64,000 nucleotides of DNA from positions 843 to 64,842 of the forward strand of contig JAFDMF010000005.1 in NCBI GenBank assembly GCA_019306065.1, in the 5' to 3' direction. Each line of letters opens with the position of its first letter. Positions within the stretch are counted from its first letter, which is position 1. Positions 55,254 through 64,000 of the stretch are shown here, piece by piece. Below the pieces are notes generated by a model. It saw nothing but the letters and a program-made list of their open reading frames with translations. It was not told where the DNA came from and ran no database searches. The translations under genes were made by a program, and so were the position numbers. This stretch comes from Deltaproteobacteria bacterium. Lineage in GTDB: Bacteria > Desulfobacterota > Desulfobacteria > Desulfobacterales > JAFDMD01.

Positions 55254-57125
55254 ATGAAGATATTAGACAGGATAAATTATCCTAATGATTTAAAGAAACT
55301 TACAAAATCGGAACTTGAAATACTTGCAAAAGAGATACGGGAATATATAGTAAAAGTAATATCAAAAAACGGAGGACATCTTGCTTCAAGTCTTGGAGTT
55401 GTAGAACTTACCATAGCCCTTCATTATGTTTTTGATACTCCTTCGGATAAAATTATATGGGACGTAGGGCATCAGTCTTATGCTCATAAAATTCTTACGG
55501 GCAGGAAAAAAGAATTTCAAAATATACGCAAATTCGGAGGGATATCAGGTTTTACCCGCATAAGCGAAAGCATTTACGATTCTTTTACAACCGGGCATAG
55601 CAGCACCTCAATATCTGCAGGGCTCGGAATTATATCTGCAAAACGGCTCAAACATGATAATTCCAAAGTTATATCGGTTATAGGAGACGGCTCTATGACA
55701 GCAGGAGTCGCTTTTGAAGGAATGAATCAAACGGGCGATCTGCACAAAGACCTTATAGTAATATTAAACGATAATGAAATGTCAATTTCGCCTAATGTAG
55801 GCGCCCTATCCTCTTTACTCAGCCGCACGTTTTCTATCAAATCTATTCAGAATTTAAAAAGAAATTTCGGCGATTTTTTAAAATCTCTGCCTAAAATAGG
55901 AGACAACGCATATCAGTTTGTAAAAAAAGTAGAAGATTCCTTTAAAACCTTTATAACCCCCGGCATGCTTTTTGAAGCTTTTAATTTCGATTATTTTGGA
56001 CCTATAGACGGGCATAATCTTAACAGGCTTATAACAATTTTAAATAATATAAAGATAAATCGGGAACCTGTTCTTCTTCACGTAATAACAAAAAAAGGTA
56101 AGGGATACGCGCCGGCAGAAAAAAATCCGGTATATTTTCACGGCGTAGGAAGCTTTGAACTTGAAACGGGAAAAACCTTTAAAAAAGAGAATGCTCCGCC
56201 CTCATATACCCAAGTTTTCGGCTCTACGATGATTAAGCTTGCGGAAAAAAATGATAAAATTATAGCTATTACAGCGGCGATGCCGGAAGGCACAGGTTTA
56301 ACTGAATTTGCAAAACTTTTTCCAAAACGCTTTTTTGACGTAGGAATTGCAGAACAGCACGGAGCCCTTTTTGCCGCGGCAATTGCCGCCGAAGGATTTA
56401 AACCGGTAGTGGCAATTTATTCAACCTTTTTACAAAGAGCTTACGACCAAATTTTACACGACGTATGTATAGAATCGCTTCCGGTAATATTTGCCATAGA
56501 CAGAAGCGGAATAGTAGGAGAAGACGGACCTACTCATCACGGACTTTTTGATCTTTCTTATTTAAGAAGCCTGCCTAATATGGTTCTGATGTCTCCTAAA
56601 AATGAAAATGAACTTGCAAATATGCTTGAAGCAGCAACATTATATAAATGTCCTATAGCCGTTCGATACCCAAGAGGAGCCGGAACAGGCGCTCCCGTTA
56701 AAAAAGAGGATATACCGATAGGAAAAGCGGAGATATTATCATCAGGAGAAGATATAACCTTATTGGCGGTAGGGCAGCCCGTATCCGAAGCGGTTATTGC
56801 GGCGGAAGAATTGAAAAAATTCAATATTTCGGCATCCGTAATAAACGCCAGATTTATAAAGCCGTTAGATACCGAATTAATTATATCCACAGTTAAAAAA
56901 AATCCGAATATAATAACCGTAGAAGACAACATCCTTGCAGGAGGCTTTGGAAGCGCGGTAATAGAGGCTCTTTCGGATCAAAACATTAATTTTAAAATCA
57001 AAAGATTGGGCATAAAAGATCAATTCGTAGAACACGGCTCCCAAAAAGAATTAAGGGCAAAGTATGGAATAGATTCTGCCGCAATAGTAGAAGCTGCAAA
57101 AAAATTATTAAAGCCGGTTTTATAA
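55254..57125 (+). CDS. dxs: 1-deoxy-D-xylulose-5-phosphate synthase
   Basis: 623 aa. GGHLASSLGVVELT, WDVGHQSYAHKILTGR, the GDGSMTAG ThDP motif and IAEQHG. Confidence 0.95.
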   Translation: MKILDRINYPNDLKKLTKSELEILAKEIREYIVKVISKNGGHLASSLGVVELTIALHYVFDTPSDKIIWDVGHQSYAHKILTGRKKEFQNIRKFGGISGFTRISESIYDSFTTGHSSTSISAGLGIISAKRLKHDNSKVISVIGDGSMTAGVAFEGMNQTGDLHKDLIVILNDNEMSISPNVGALSSLLSRTFSIKSIQNLKRNFGDFLKSLPKIGDNAYQFVKKVEDSFKTFITPGMLFEAFNFDYFGPIDGHNLNRLITILNNIKINREPVLLHVITKKGKGYAPAEKNPVYFHGVGSFELETGKTFKKENAPPSYTQVFGSTMIKLAEKNDKIIAITAAMPEGTGLTEFAKLFPKRFFDVGIAEQHGALFAAAIAAEGFKPVVAIYSTFLQRAYDQILHDVCIESLPVIFAIDRSGIVGEDGPTHHGLFDLSYLRSLPNMVLMSPKNENELANMLEAATLYKCPIAVRYPRGAGTGAPVKKEDIPIGKAEILSSGEDITLLAVGQPVSEAVIAAEELKKFNISASVINARFIKPLDTELIISTVKKNPNIITVEDNILAGGFGSAVIEALSDQNINFKIKRLGIKDQFVEHGSQKELRAKYGIDSAAIVEAAKKLLKPVL

Positions 57126-57145
57126 CTTTATTCCGTTAGTGAGAA

Positions 57146-57823
57146 ATGGAGAAGTTTATGCTCGGTAATTTGTTTAGAAAACACAAAAAGTATTTTCTCT
57201 ATGCGTTAAAAAAAACATGGAGATTTTTTTTTAACGAACACCAAAAAAAAATAATTATTGGTATATGTATATATGCTTTGGGGTCTATTATATACTATCT
57301 TATTAAAAAAGAAAAAGATCCCATTTTTGAAGAAATACTCATACAATTTTGTTATTACGTTGCTCCAGTGACGGTATTATTCTCAGTTGTATTAATTTGG
57401 AATTGGATAAAAGCAGATTTAAATCTGAAACTAGAGAATACAAATACAAAAATAGCAAATAATATAGATAGTAATAATAAATATTATGAATATGTTGGCA
57501 GTTTATGGGATTTGTTACAACAATATGATTATACAACAAAATCATACTATTATGTTGTAGATTTGCTGGGTCCGTCGTATGATTATTATAGTAGCTCTTA
57601 TAAAGAATTAAATAGTTTTGCTACGAGTTTATTTGCCCAACCATCTTATCAAAAGTTGATTAGAGATTTTTTATCAAATTTTATTTATCTTAATATTGCT
57701 CCTTTTATTCTCGAAATCTATCGTGTAAAACCAAAGTTCAAAACAAAAAAAGAGTTTGATAAAAAGAAAAAAAATATTTTTAATACCATAAACGAAATTA
57801 ACAATATTTTTAATTCTCTATAA
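57146..57823 (+). CDS. Hypothetical membrane protein (two predicted TM helices), very AT-rich
   Basis: This ORF begins 20 nt after dxs. It has hydrophobic segments IIIGICIYALGSIIYYLI and VAPVTVLFSVVLIWNWI. I recognise no family motif. Confidence 0.4.
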   Translation: MEKFMLGNLFRKHKKYFLYALKKTWRFFFNEHQKKIIIGICIYALGSIIYYLIKKEKDPIFEEILIQFCYYVAPVTVLFSVVLIWNWIKADLNLKLENTNTKIANNIDSNNKYYEYVGSLWDLLQQYDYTTKSYYYVVDLLGPSYDYYSSSYKELNSFATSLFAQPSYQKLIRDFLSNFIYLNIAPFILEIYRVKPKFKTKKEFDKKKKNIFNTINEINNIFNSL

Positions 57824-57891
57824 TATAAAAAATAAATAATAAAAAGATTAGATAAATAAAACTTTTTATAGATAAGGAATTTTATAAAATT

Positions 57892-59031
57892 ATGAAAAAG
57901 AAAATAATAGTATTAGGCGCTGGGATGGTAGGCAGCGCAATAGCCGTTGATTTGAGTGAAAAATACTCGGTAACATCGGCGGACATTAATGAAAATAATC
58001 TTCAAAAAATAAAAGGAGATAATATAAATACAATTTGCGCGAATTTAACGGACGCAAAAACAATTACTAAAATAATCTCCGATTTTGATCTGATTATAGG
58101 AGCGCTGCCCGGAACCATCGGTTTTAAAACTATGGAAACCGTCATTAAAGCAAAAAAAGATATAGTAGATATATCATTTTTTAACGAAGATCCTTTTTTA
58201 CTCGACACTCTTGCAAAACAAAACAATGTTACCGCTATAACAGACTGCGGAGTAGCCCCGGGAATGCCGAATATTTTTCTCGGCCATCATAATCTTTTAA
58301 TGAAGGTTGAAAATTTTAAATTTTATGTAGGCGGACTTCCTATTGCCCGAAAAATGCCGTATCAGTATAAGGCGCCCTTTTCTCCTATAGATGTTATATC
58401 CGAATATACCAGAGAAGTAAAAATGGTAGAACAAGGCAGAATAGTAAAAAAAGAGGCGCTTTCCGAAATAGAAACTATGGAATTTGACCAAGTAGGAACT
58501 TTGGAGGCGTTTAATACGGACGGATTAAGAAGCTTAATAAAAACAATGCCGAATATTCCCGAAATGTCCGAAAAAACTTTGCGTTATCCGGGGCATGCGG
58601 CTCTTATGAAAATATTGCGCGATACCGGTTTTTTTAATGAAGAGCCTGTATATATTAACGAAACCCCAATAAAACCTATAGATTTAACCTCAAAGCTTAT
58701 ATTTCCTATATGGAAACTAAAAGAAGACGAAGAAGAATTTACTATAATGCGGATTATAATTAAAGGAACCGAAAACGGCGCTTTTAAAAAATACGCTTAT
58801 GATCTTTTTGATAAATTCGATAAAAAAACCGGGACATCTTCTATGGCACGCTCTACCGGTTATACATGCGCGGCTGCTGCAAATCTGGTATTAGACGGCT
58901 TATACAATAGAAAAGGAATTTCGCCGCCGGAATATATTGGAGCGGAAAGCAAAGCTTTTGAAGCTGTTATAAATTATTTGAAAAAAAGAAATATTAAATA
59001 TAAACAAAGCGTTTCGGTTACAAAAAAATGA
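57892..59031 (+). CDS. Saccharopine dehydrogenase-like NAD(P)-binding oxidoreductase
   Basis: 379 aa. The N-terminal IIVLGAGMVGSAIAVDL Rossmann fold and the overall Sacchrp_dh N-terminal/C-terminal layout (GVAPGMPN, LRYPGH) are present. Confidence 0.75.
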   Translation: MKKKIIVLGAGMVGSAIAVDLSEKYSVTSADINENNLQKIKGDNINTICANLTDAKTITKIISDFDLIIGALPGTIGFKTMETVIKAKKDIVDISFFNEDPFLLDTLAKQNNVTAITDCGVAPGMPNIFLGHHNLLMKVENFKFYVGGLPIARKMPYQYKAPFSPIDVISEYTREVKMVEQGRIVKKEALSEIETMEFDQVGTLEAFNTDGLRSLIKTMPNIPEMSEKTLRYPGHAALMKILRDTGFFNEEPVYINETPIKPIDLTSKLIFPIWKLKEDEEEFTIMRIIIKGTENGAFKKYAYDLFDKFDKKTGTSSMARSTGYTCAAAANLVLDGLYNRKGISPPEYIGAESKAFEAVINYLKKRNIKYKQSVSVTKK

Positions 59032-59057
59032 AACTTATATTATAGATAATATAAAAT

Positions 59058-59085
59058 GGGGCTTATATTATATAAACCCCGTTTT
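59058..59085. terminator. Bidirectional terminator-like hairpin between convergent genes
   Basis: GGGGCTTATA-TTA-TATAAACCCC (1 mismatch) followed by GTTTT, between the stop at 59031 (+) and the stop at 59098 (-). Confidence 0.5.
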
Positions 59086-59097
59086 GTAATAAATATT

Positions 59098-60954
59098 TTA
59101 TGCTACCCAAAGCAGATTTAACTCTTCTAATTTTTTCAGCGTAGGAATACCATCTGTTTTATTCCATCCCATAGCTTCATAATAACTATCCAAAGCCACT
59201 TCAAGATTCACTACTTCCCCCTTCCCTACTCCGTCCGGCGCGGGTTCAGTAAGCAGACGCTTTGGCAGTTTATCATCTTTGCGGTCAAAACCGAATTTTT
59301 TATTAATAATGCGTTCCAAATTTATTACTCTTTCGCCGGCTTTTAGCAAATCCTTTACAGTCCGTTTTTCGCCTGTAACCGCGTTAAGCATATCCGACCA
59401 TGTAATAGGTTTTACAGCCAAACAGATTGATGCAAATAAACAGGCTCCCATAATATTGGTTGTCATAGAAAGCTCCTGCAAAGGTTTGATCCATTTTTTA
59501 TTATCATCTTCTACCGGATTCTTCTTTTCGTTAATTCCGAGTTCTTCTTCAATATAACCGAAAGCATCTATAACCGAAGCATAAGGACGCAGATGATCCG
59601 CTCCTCTTGGAGATACTGCATGCGCTACAGCTTCGCCTTTGCTTGCGCGGACTCCGCATGAAGCCATTTCAAGACCTTTTACTTGAAAGGCATAATCTAT
59701 AGCATCGCCTCCCAGCTTTTCCGCAGCCTTTTTTGAGCCTTCTGCCAATAAATCTCCGAAGCCGTCTCTATAAGCTATCTTTTCGATAAGTTTTAAAACC
59801 GCATTCGCATTCCCCCATTCCAATTTCAGCCCGTCCGCTTTTTTATCGTCTATAATGCCCCGCTCATACCATTCCATAGCCGTAGCTATAACCTGCCCTG
59901 CGCTTATAGTATCAAGCCCGAGTTCATTACAAAGATACCCTGCTTTTGCCACAGTATTTAAATCGTTAATAAGGCATTTGCTTCCGAACGCTCCTAAAGT
60001 TTCATATTCGGGACCTCCTCCGCTTTCTCCTGCATAATGACCGCTTTTAATCGTAGTTTTTCGACCGCAGGAGATAGCGCACTGAGCGCATGCATAAGGT
60101 TTGACATCCAAAGTATTATGATATGCTTCATGCCCTAATACTTCATGAGACTCCGGATAAGTTGTTCTTTGCCAGTTTTTATTAGGAAGAGTTCCTGTTC
60201 CGCTTATAGAGGTATAAAAACCGGGAGTGCCGAACGGAGATAAAAGACCGGAAGTAAAAGGTTCTGCTTTAAGTTGCTTGATTACCTTTTTAGAAGTCTC
60301 TTTTAGTTTATTCGGATCTGCTACAGATATGGAAATACTGCCAGCTGCAGCTATGGCTTTTAAATTTTTAGAACCGATTACGGCGCCTCCTCCGCCTCTG
60401 CCTGCGGCGCGGTGCGAATCTGTCATAATAGATGAAAATAAAATCAAATTTTCTCCCGCAGGACCAATCGAAAGAATTTCGGCATTTTTATCTTTCATCC
60501 GCTCTTTAATATAGTTTTCTGTAAAATCTATTTTTTCTCCCCAAATATTCGATGCATCTTCTATTGTAATCTTTTTATCAGTTATTTTTAACCAAACCTT
60601 TTTATCTGCCTTGCCTTTTATCAATAAAAGATCATACCCGGCTTTTTTTAAGGCTGGCGCAAAATGACCGCCGACATTTGTAAGTCCTATACCTCCTGTA
60701 GCAGGCGAACGAAATATAACAGACAAACGCCCTCCCATAGGGGCTTTTGTTCCATTTAAAGGACCTGTGGCAAAAATTATCGGAGATTCGGCATCAAGCG
60801 GATCTAACAAAGGATTAATATAATCGTAAAATAGCCTAACCCCTATTCCTTCGCCGCCTATAAAATCGCGTTTCCATTCTTCAGGCAGTTTTTGAATTTC
60901 GGTCTGTTTTGTATTAAGATCTACTATTAAAATTTTACCGGTATAACCCTTCAT
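59098..60954 (-). CDS. aor: Aldehyde:ferredoxin oxidoreductase (tungstopterin AOR family)
   Basis: 618 aa. N-terminal MKGYTGKILIVDLNTKQ..., GGEGIGVRL, the Fe-S Cys context CAQCAISC, and family-typical length. Confidence 0.9.
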   Translation of the reverse strand: MKGYTGKILIVDLNTKQTEIQKLPEEWKRDFIGGEGIGVRLFYDYINPLLDPLDAESPIIFATGPLNGTKAPMGGRLSVIFRSPATGGIGLTNVGGHFAPALKKAGYDLLLIKGKADKKVWLKITDKKITIEDASNIWGEKIDFTENYIKERMKDKNAEILSIGPAGENLILFSSIMTDSHRAAGRGGGGAVIGSKNLKAIAAAGSISISVADPNKLKETSKKVIKQLKAEPFTSGLLSPFGTPGFYTSISGTGTLPNKNWQRTTYPESHEVLGHEAYHNTLDVKPYACAQCAISCGRKTTIKSGHYAGESGGGPEYETLGAFGSKCLINDLNTVAKAGYLCNELGLDTISAGQVIATAMEWYERGIIDDKKADGLKLEWGNANAVLKLIEKIAYRDGFGDLLAEGSKKAAEKLGGDAIDYAFQVKGLEMASCGVRASKGEAVAHAVSPRGADHLRPYASVIDAFGYIEEELGINEKKNPVEDDNKKWIKPLQELSMTTNIMGACLFASICLAVKPITWSDMLNAVTGEKRTVKDLLKAGERVINLERIINKKFGFDRKDDKLPKRLLTEPAPDGVGKGEVVNLEVALDSYYEAMGWNKTDGIPTLKKLEELNLLWVA

Positions 60955-60995
60955 ACTTCCTCCTTTTTTTTAATATTTACAATGTTAATTATAAA

Positions 60996-61040
60996 AATAA
61001 TAAAGGAATTTTTCGCTTTGCTTGACAGAACAGGAAGCAA
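60996..61040. repeat. Family-2 repeat, single arm
   Basis: AATAATAAAGGAATTTTTCGCTTTGCTTGACAGAACAGGAAGC, between aor and the USP gene. Confidence 0.7.
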
Positions 61041-61051
61041 TTTTTTGCTTG

Positions 61052-61504
61052 TTAATCGTCTCGACGCACGCTTAACAACGGAACAGGACATTTTCTAAAC
61101 ATCTTTTCGGCAGTCGTTCCCAAAATAGCGCCTACAATATTGCTTCTGCCTTTTGTTCCCATAACCGCTAAGTCGGCTTTTTCCTCTTTTATTGCGTTTA
61201 TCAATTCAACAAAAGGAACGCCTACTTTAATAATTTTTCTATATTTATTAGTTTTATCTTTAAGCAGCTTATCCATTATTTCAATTCTATCTTTTTCCTG
61301 CCCTTTAATATAATCCTCTATGGTCATATCATTCATATACTGTTTTGTTAACTTGTAGACAATATCTACGTCTCTTTGATTCAAAACATTTACAATTACA
61401 AGTTCCGCTTTTAAATCATCCGATAGTTTGCAAGCATACTCAAGCGCTTTTTCCGAGTAATCGGACATATCAAATGCCGAAACAATTTTTTTAATTTTGG
61501 ACAT
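61052..61504 (-). CDS. Universal stress protein (UspA family)
   Basis: 150 aa. The C-terminal ATP-binding pattern LAVMGTKGRSNIVGAILGTTAEKMFRKCPVPLLSV is present. Confidence 0.9.
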   Translation of the reverse strand: MSKIKKIVSAFDMSDYSEKALEYACKLSDDLKAELVIVNVLNQRDVDIVYKLTKQYMNDMTIEDYIKGQEKDRIEIMDKLLKDKTNKYRKIIKVGVPFVELINAIKEEKADLAVMGTKGRSNIVGAILGTTAEKMFRKCPVPLLSVRRDD

Positions 61505-61543
61505 AATATATTCTCCTTATAATTAAATAAACAAAAAATTTTT

Positions 61544-61675
61544 AATAAAGGGATTTCTCCTCGCTTCGTTTTTCGAAATGATAGGCAAAAATAAGAAGCC
61601 TGTACTGTTAAGGTAATGTCCTGTTGAGCGAAGCGAGAAATCCCTTTATTATTTTCATAATCATCCTTTTTTGTG
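61544..61675. repeat. Family-2 inverted-repeat element (paired arms plus tail)
   Basis: AATAAAGGGATTTCTCCTCGCTTCG ... GTCCTGTTGAGCGAAGCGAGAAATCCCTTTATTATTTTCATAATCATCCTTTTTTGTG. Confidence 0.8.
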
Positions 61676-61776
61676 ATTAACTATTTTTAATAATGGGCGT
61701 TTCCGTAAATTCTTTTTTATAAAAGCAAATTTTATTACGGACTCTATTATAAAACAAGGAGAATTTTATTTTGATA

Positions 61777-62505
61777 TTATAAATCTTTTAAAGCAGCAAT
61801 TCCGCCTAATTTTCTTATCTGTTTTTTAATCCATACTCTTCTTTTATTCATATAAGCGGTAGGTTTTTGAACGTTGAATTTTTTGGGATTCGGAAGAGCG
61901 GCTGCGAGAAGAGCCGCATTGTTTTCGGTAAGCTTATTTGCGGATTTGCCCAAAAGTATATTAGACGCCGCGGATACCCCGTATATATTATTTCCGAATT
62001 CGGCTATATTAAGATATACTTCAAGTATCCTTTTTTTGCTCCATAAAAGTTCCAAAAGAGTTGTAAAGTATGCTTCAAAAGCTTTTCTCATGTAGCTTTT
62101 TTTCTTCCATAAAAAAAGGTTTTTTGCAACCTGTTGGGTAATAGAGCTTGCTCCTTTTAATCGGCTTTTATTATTATTATTATCTTCAATAGCCTTTAAG
62201 ATTGCCTGAACGTCAAAGCCGTAATGATAAAAAAATTTCTGATCTTCCGCCGCTATAACCGCAAGAGGCATATAAGGAGCGATGTCTTCCCAATCCGCCC
62301 ATTTAAAGCGGACAGGATGTTCTTTATCTTTATTAATAATATGCTGGGTAATCATAACCGAGCTTGTGATAGGGTTTATCCATTTTAAAGATAAGATTAT
62401 AATTATGGAAAAGATTATAAAGCAAAGAAGAAGGCGAGCTATTGTTTTTATAATCTTCTGGATTATACGCAGGTTTTGCTTTTCTTTTTTTTTATTGAAA
62501 GTCAT
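61777..62505 (-). CDS. mtgA: Monofunctional biosynthetic peptidoglycan transglycosylase
   Basis: 242 aa. An N-terminal TM helix and the GT51 motifs AAEDQKFFYHYGFD, GASSITQQVAKN and RILEVYLNIAEFG are present. Confidence 0.9.
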   Translation of the reverse strand: MTFNKKKEKQNLRIIQKIIKTIARLLLCFIIFSIIIILSLKWINPITSSVMITQHIINKDKEHPVRFKWADWEDIAPYMPLAVIAAEDQKFFYHYGFDVQAILKAIEDNNNNKSRLKGASSITQQVAKNLFLWKKKSYMRKAFEAYFTTLLELLWSKKRILEVYLNIAEFGNNIYGVSAASNILLGKSANKLTENNAALLAAALPNPKKFNVQKPTAYMNKRRVWIKKQIRKLGGIAALKDL

Positions 62506-62516
62506 AAAACGGATAG

Positions 62517-63104
62517 TTAAATCGAAAGAATAAAATCGGAAATGCCGGACATTAACATTTGAACCGAAATTACTACAAGAAGCATTCCCATTAGGCGTTT
62601 TGTGGCAAGAAGCGCTTTTTTACCGAAAAACTTTGCCAAAAAACCGGACATTAAAATAATTAACCCGGAAAAAAACCATGCGATCAGCAAAGCGATAAGC
62701 CAGTCCGCCCATCTTGCAGGCTCTTTATTCATAATAAAAAGTATGGAAGCCATTGCCGAAGGACCCGCCATATAAGGAACTGCAAGAGGAAATATAAAAG
62801 GCTCGCCTGTTAAATCTTCGGCAACCCTTTTATTAGACGGAAATATCATTTTAACCGCAATTAAAAAAAGAAGAATTCCTCCGGAAACCGTTAAAGCAGG
62901 CTCGGAAATATGTAATGCTTTTAAGATATGCTCGCCGGAAAATAAAAAAAGCAGCAATACCGCAAGAGCTATAAGAAGTTCTCTTACAATAATAAAGTTA
63001 TGTCTTGATTTGTCTACAGCGCTTAATGCGGTAATAAAAAACGGGATATTACCGAAAGGGTCTATTACAAGAAATAACAAAAGAGCCGCTGAAAAAATCG
63101 TCAT
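62517..63104 (-). CDS. MarC-family (UPF0056) integral membrane protein
   Basis: 195 aa, 6 TM helices. N-terminal LFLVIDPFGNIPFF and the central PLAVPYMAGPSA motif are present. Confidence 0.85.
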   Translation of the reverse strand: MTIFSAALLLFLVIDPFGNIPFFITALSAVDKSRHNFIIVRELLIALAVLLLFLFSGEHILKALHISEPALTVSGGILLFLIAVKMIFPSNKRVAEDLTGEPFIFPLAVPYMAGPSAMASILFIMNKEPARWADWLIALLIAWFFSGLIILMSGFLAKFFGKKALLATKRLMGMLLVVISVQMLMSGISDFILSI

Positions 63105-63111
63105 TCAACCG

Positions 63112-63838
63112 TTACTCCGTTAAAAATTTTAGCTTTTCATAAGAATTTAAACAATAAATAATATTTTCCCATTCTACAAGCTTTAATTTTTCGTCTATAT
63201 TTGTAAATACCCAATCCGGAGATAACGCGGATAATACGGAACCTAGCGCCGCTTTTTGCGGAAATCTTTTTTTATTTAAATAAGATACCTCTTTTATACT
63301 ACTAATATAATTTTCCGCCTCCGTTACTATTTTATTATCCTCTCCGCCTCTTTTTGCTAAACAATCCAATAAAAAGGTTTCCAATGCTCCTTGGCTATCG
63401 GAAGGCAAAGCTAATCCGAAAAGATTTATTGAAAATTTATTTGCATTAGAACCTGCAAGAGTGATAAAAGCTTTAAACCAATTATCAAGTGTCGCTTTAT
63501 CTTCTTCATATTCACAATTAGCGGCTTTCAGCCATTTACAAAATAATTCTTTGCAGTCCGCCTTTTCTCTTGTGTCCGCATCAAAATATGTCGCTATTTT
63601 TTTAAATCTTAATTTTTCTCTTTTTTCTTTCCGATTTCTTTCCGATATTTCACATTGCGATAGCCGGTTTGGAGTCTTTTTTTGTCGAATACCAGTTAAT
63701 AATCTGATTTTTGTCTTTTACGGGCAGTTTTACAGGCGGATCGTTTTGAGTAAATCGGACGCCGTATTTTTTATTTAAAAAATAGCTTATTAATATGGCG
63801 TCTGTTCTCCCCTCGCAAATAATGATTGATAACGCCAT
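63112..63838 (-). pseudogene. TOPRIM-like (DUF3226/DUF4276-type) partner of an AAA ATPase, frameshifted in a homopolymer
   Basis: The N-terminal piece MALSIIICEGRTDAILISYF... stops at 63650. The remainder (...LPSDSQGALETFLLDCL...) is open in another frame from about 63655 to 63112. Removing one base of the T7 run at 63677-63683 restores a single ORF. Confidence 0.55.
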
Positions 63839-64000
63839 TTATCTAAAATCCAGACCGAATTTCGAACGCATTTCAAAAGCCTCTTTTCCGGTATGTTTCC
63901 AAACTTCAAGTTTGTCGTTTTTGTCTTTTGCCAAAGTAAAAATTCTAATCGGATCCTCGCCCTCTTTTATTAATTCGTTATTTTTATCTTTATATAAAGA
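63839..64000 (-). CDS. C-terminal end of an AAA/ABC-type ATPase (partial; the rest lies outside the window)
   Basis: The frame is open to the window edge and ends ...IRIFTLAKDKNDKLEVWKHTGKEAFEMRSKFGLDFR*. The same style of tail appears in the ATPase at 12546-13676 (...YRLEADAETGAKVINYTYDMLSDAIETDIEVR). Its stop abuts the start of the TOPRIM-like gene. Confidence 0.5.
   Translation of the reverse strand, partial: SLYKDKNNELIKEGEDPIRIFTLAKDKNDKLEVWKHTGKEAFEMRSKFGLDFR

Noticed and set aside
1-64000. tRNA, rRNA, tmRNA or riboswitch genes in the larger intergenic regions (2526-2797, 11091-11268, 12136-12545, 25973-26466, 27982-28239, 32329-32958, 52242-52592).
   Set aside because: I could not recognise cloverleaf-compatible stems with conserved T-loop GTTC or D-loop features, or any known riboswitch core sequence. 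These spacers are mostly AT-rich or occupied by the repeat families. A covariance-model scan (tRNAscan-SE or Infernal) would be needed to exclude them formally.

Overview
This is a 64-kb window of an AT-rich bacterial chromosome, probably from an anaerobe, since it carries a tungsten-type aldehyde:ferredoxin oxidoreductase and acyl-CoA metabolism genes. All calls below come from reading the supplied ORF translations and the raw DNA by eye. No database search was run, so family names rest on recognised motifs only.

The housekeeping backbone is intact:
- the end of a type I secretion operon (ABC exporter plus HlyD adaptor)
- an HTH protein, a hybrid histidine kinase and a response regulator
- an acyl-CoA dehydrogenase / enoyl-CoA hydratase / HMGL-like lyase operon with an XRE-cupin regulator
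- a class IV aminotransferase and purF
- an RRM RNA-binding protein, DUF47-PiT phosphate uptake and a BI-1/YccA protein
- a FadH-like flavoenzyme, xseA-xseB-ispA-dxs, a saccharopine-dehydrogenase-like gene, aor, a USP, mtgA and a MarC-family gene

I found no rRNA, tRNA, transposase, integrase or CRISPR array.

The accessory content is dense and largely decayed:
1. purF is bracketed by two P-loop ATPase genes. One carries an in-frame TGA. The other heads a tightly coupled ATPase / 182-aa unknown / PIN triad, which is my best candidate for an uncharacterised defence or TA-like system.
2. A nucleotide-sugar locus (sugar dehydrogenase, DegT aminotransferase, pseB, pseC) is interrupted by a toxin-antitoxin and defence junkyard. 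It holds hicBA, a frameshifted HNH effector plus middle component plus truncated ATPase of an ABC-3C-like system, two different MNT-HEPN pairs, and a second hicB fused to a hicA tail.
3. There is an mqsRA pair whose toxin is out of frame with its start codon, a Cas6-like gene stub, and an AAA-ATPase / TOPRIM-like pair at the right edge that is frameshifted in a T7 run.
4. An FN3 protein is followed by two very large exported proteins with CxxCH motifs.
5. A radical-SAM / Fe-ADH / methyltransferase / ALDH cluster ends in a 1183-aa GlmS-like protein.

At least three dispersed intergenic repeat families overlie all of this: a 28-bp perfect palindrome, a roughly 40-130-nt inverted-repeat element, and a roughly 40-nt motif.
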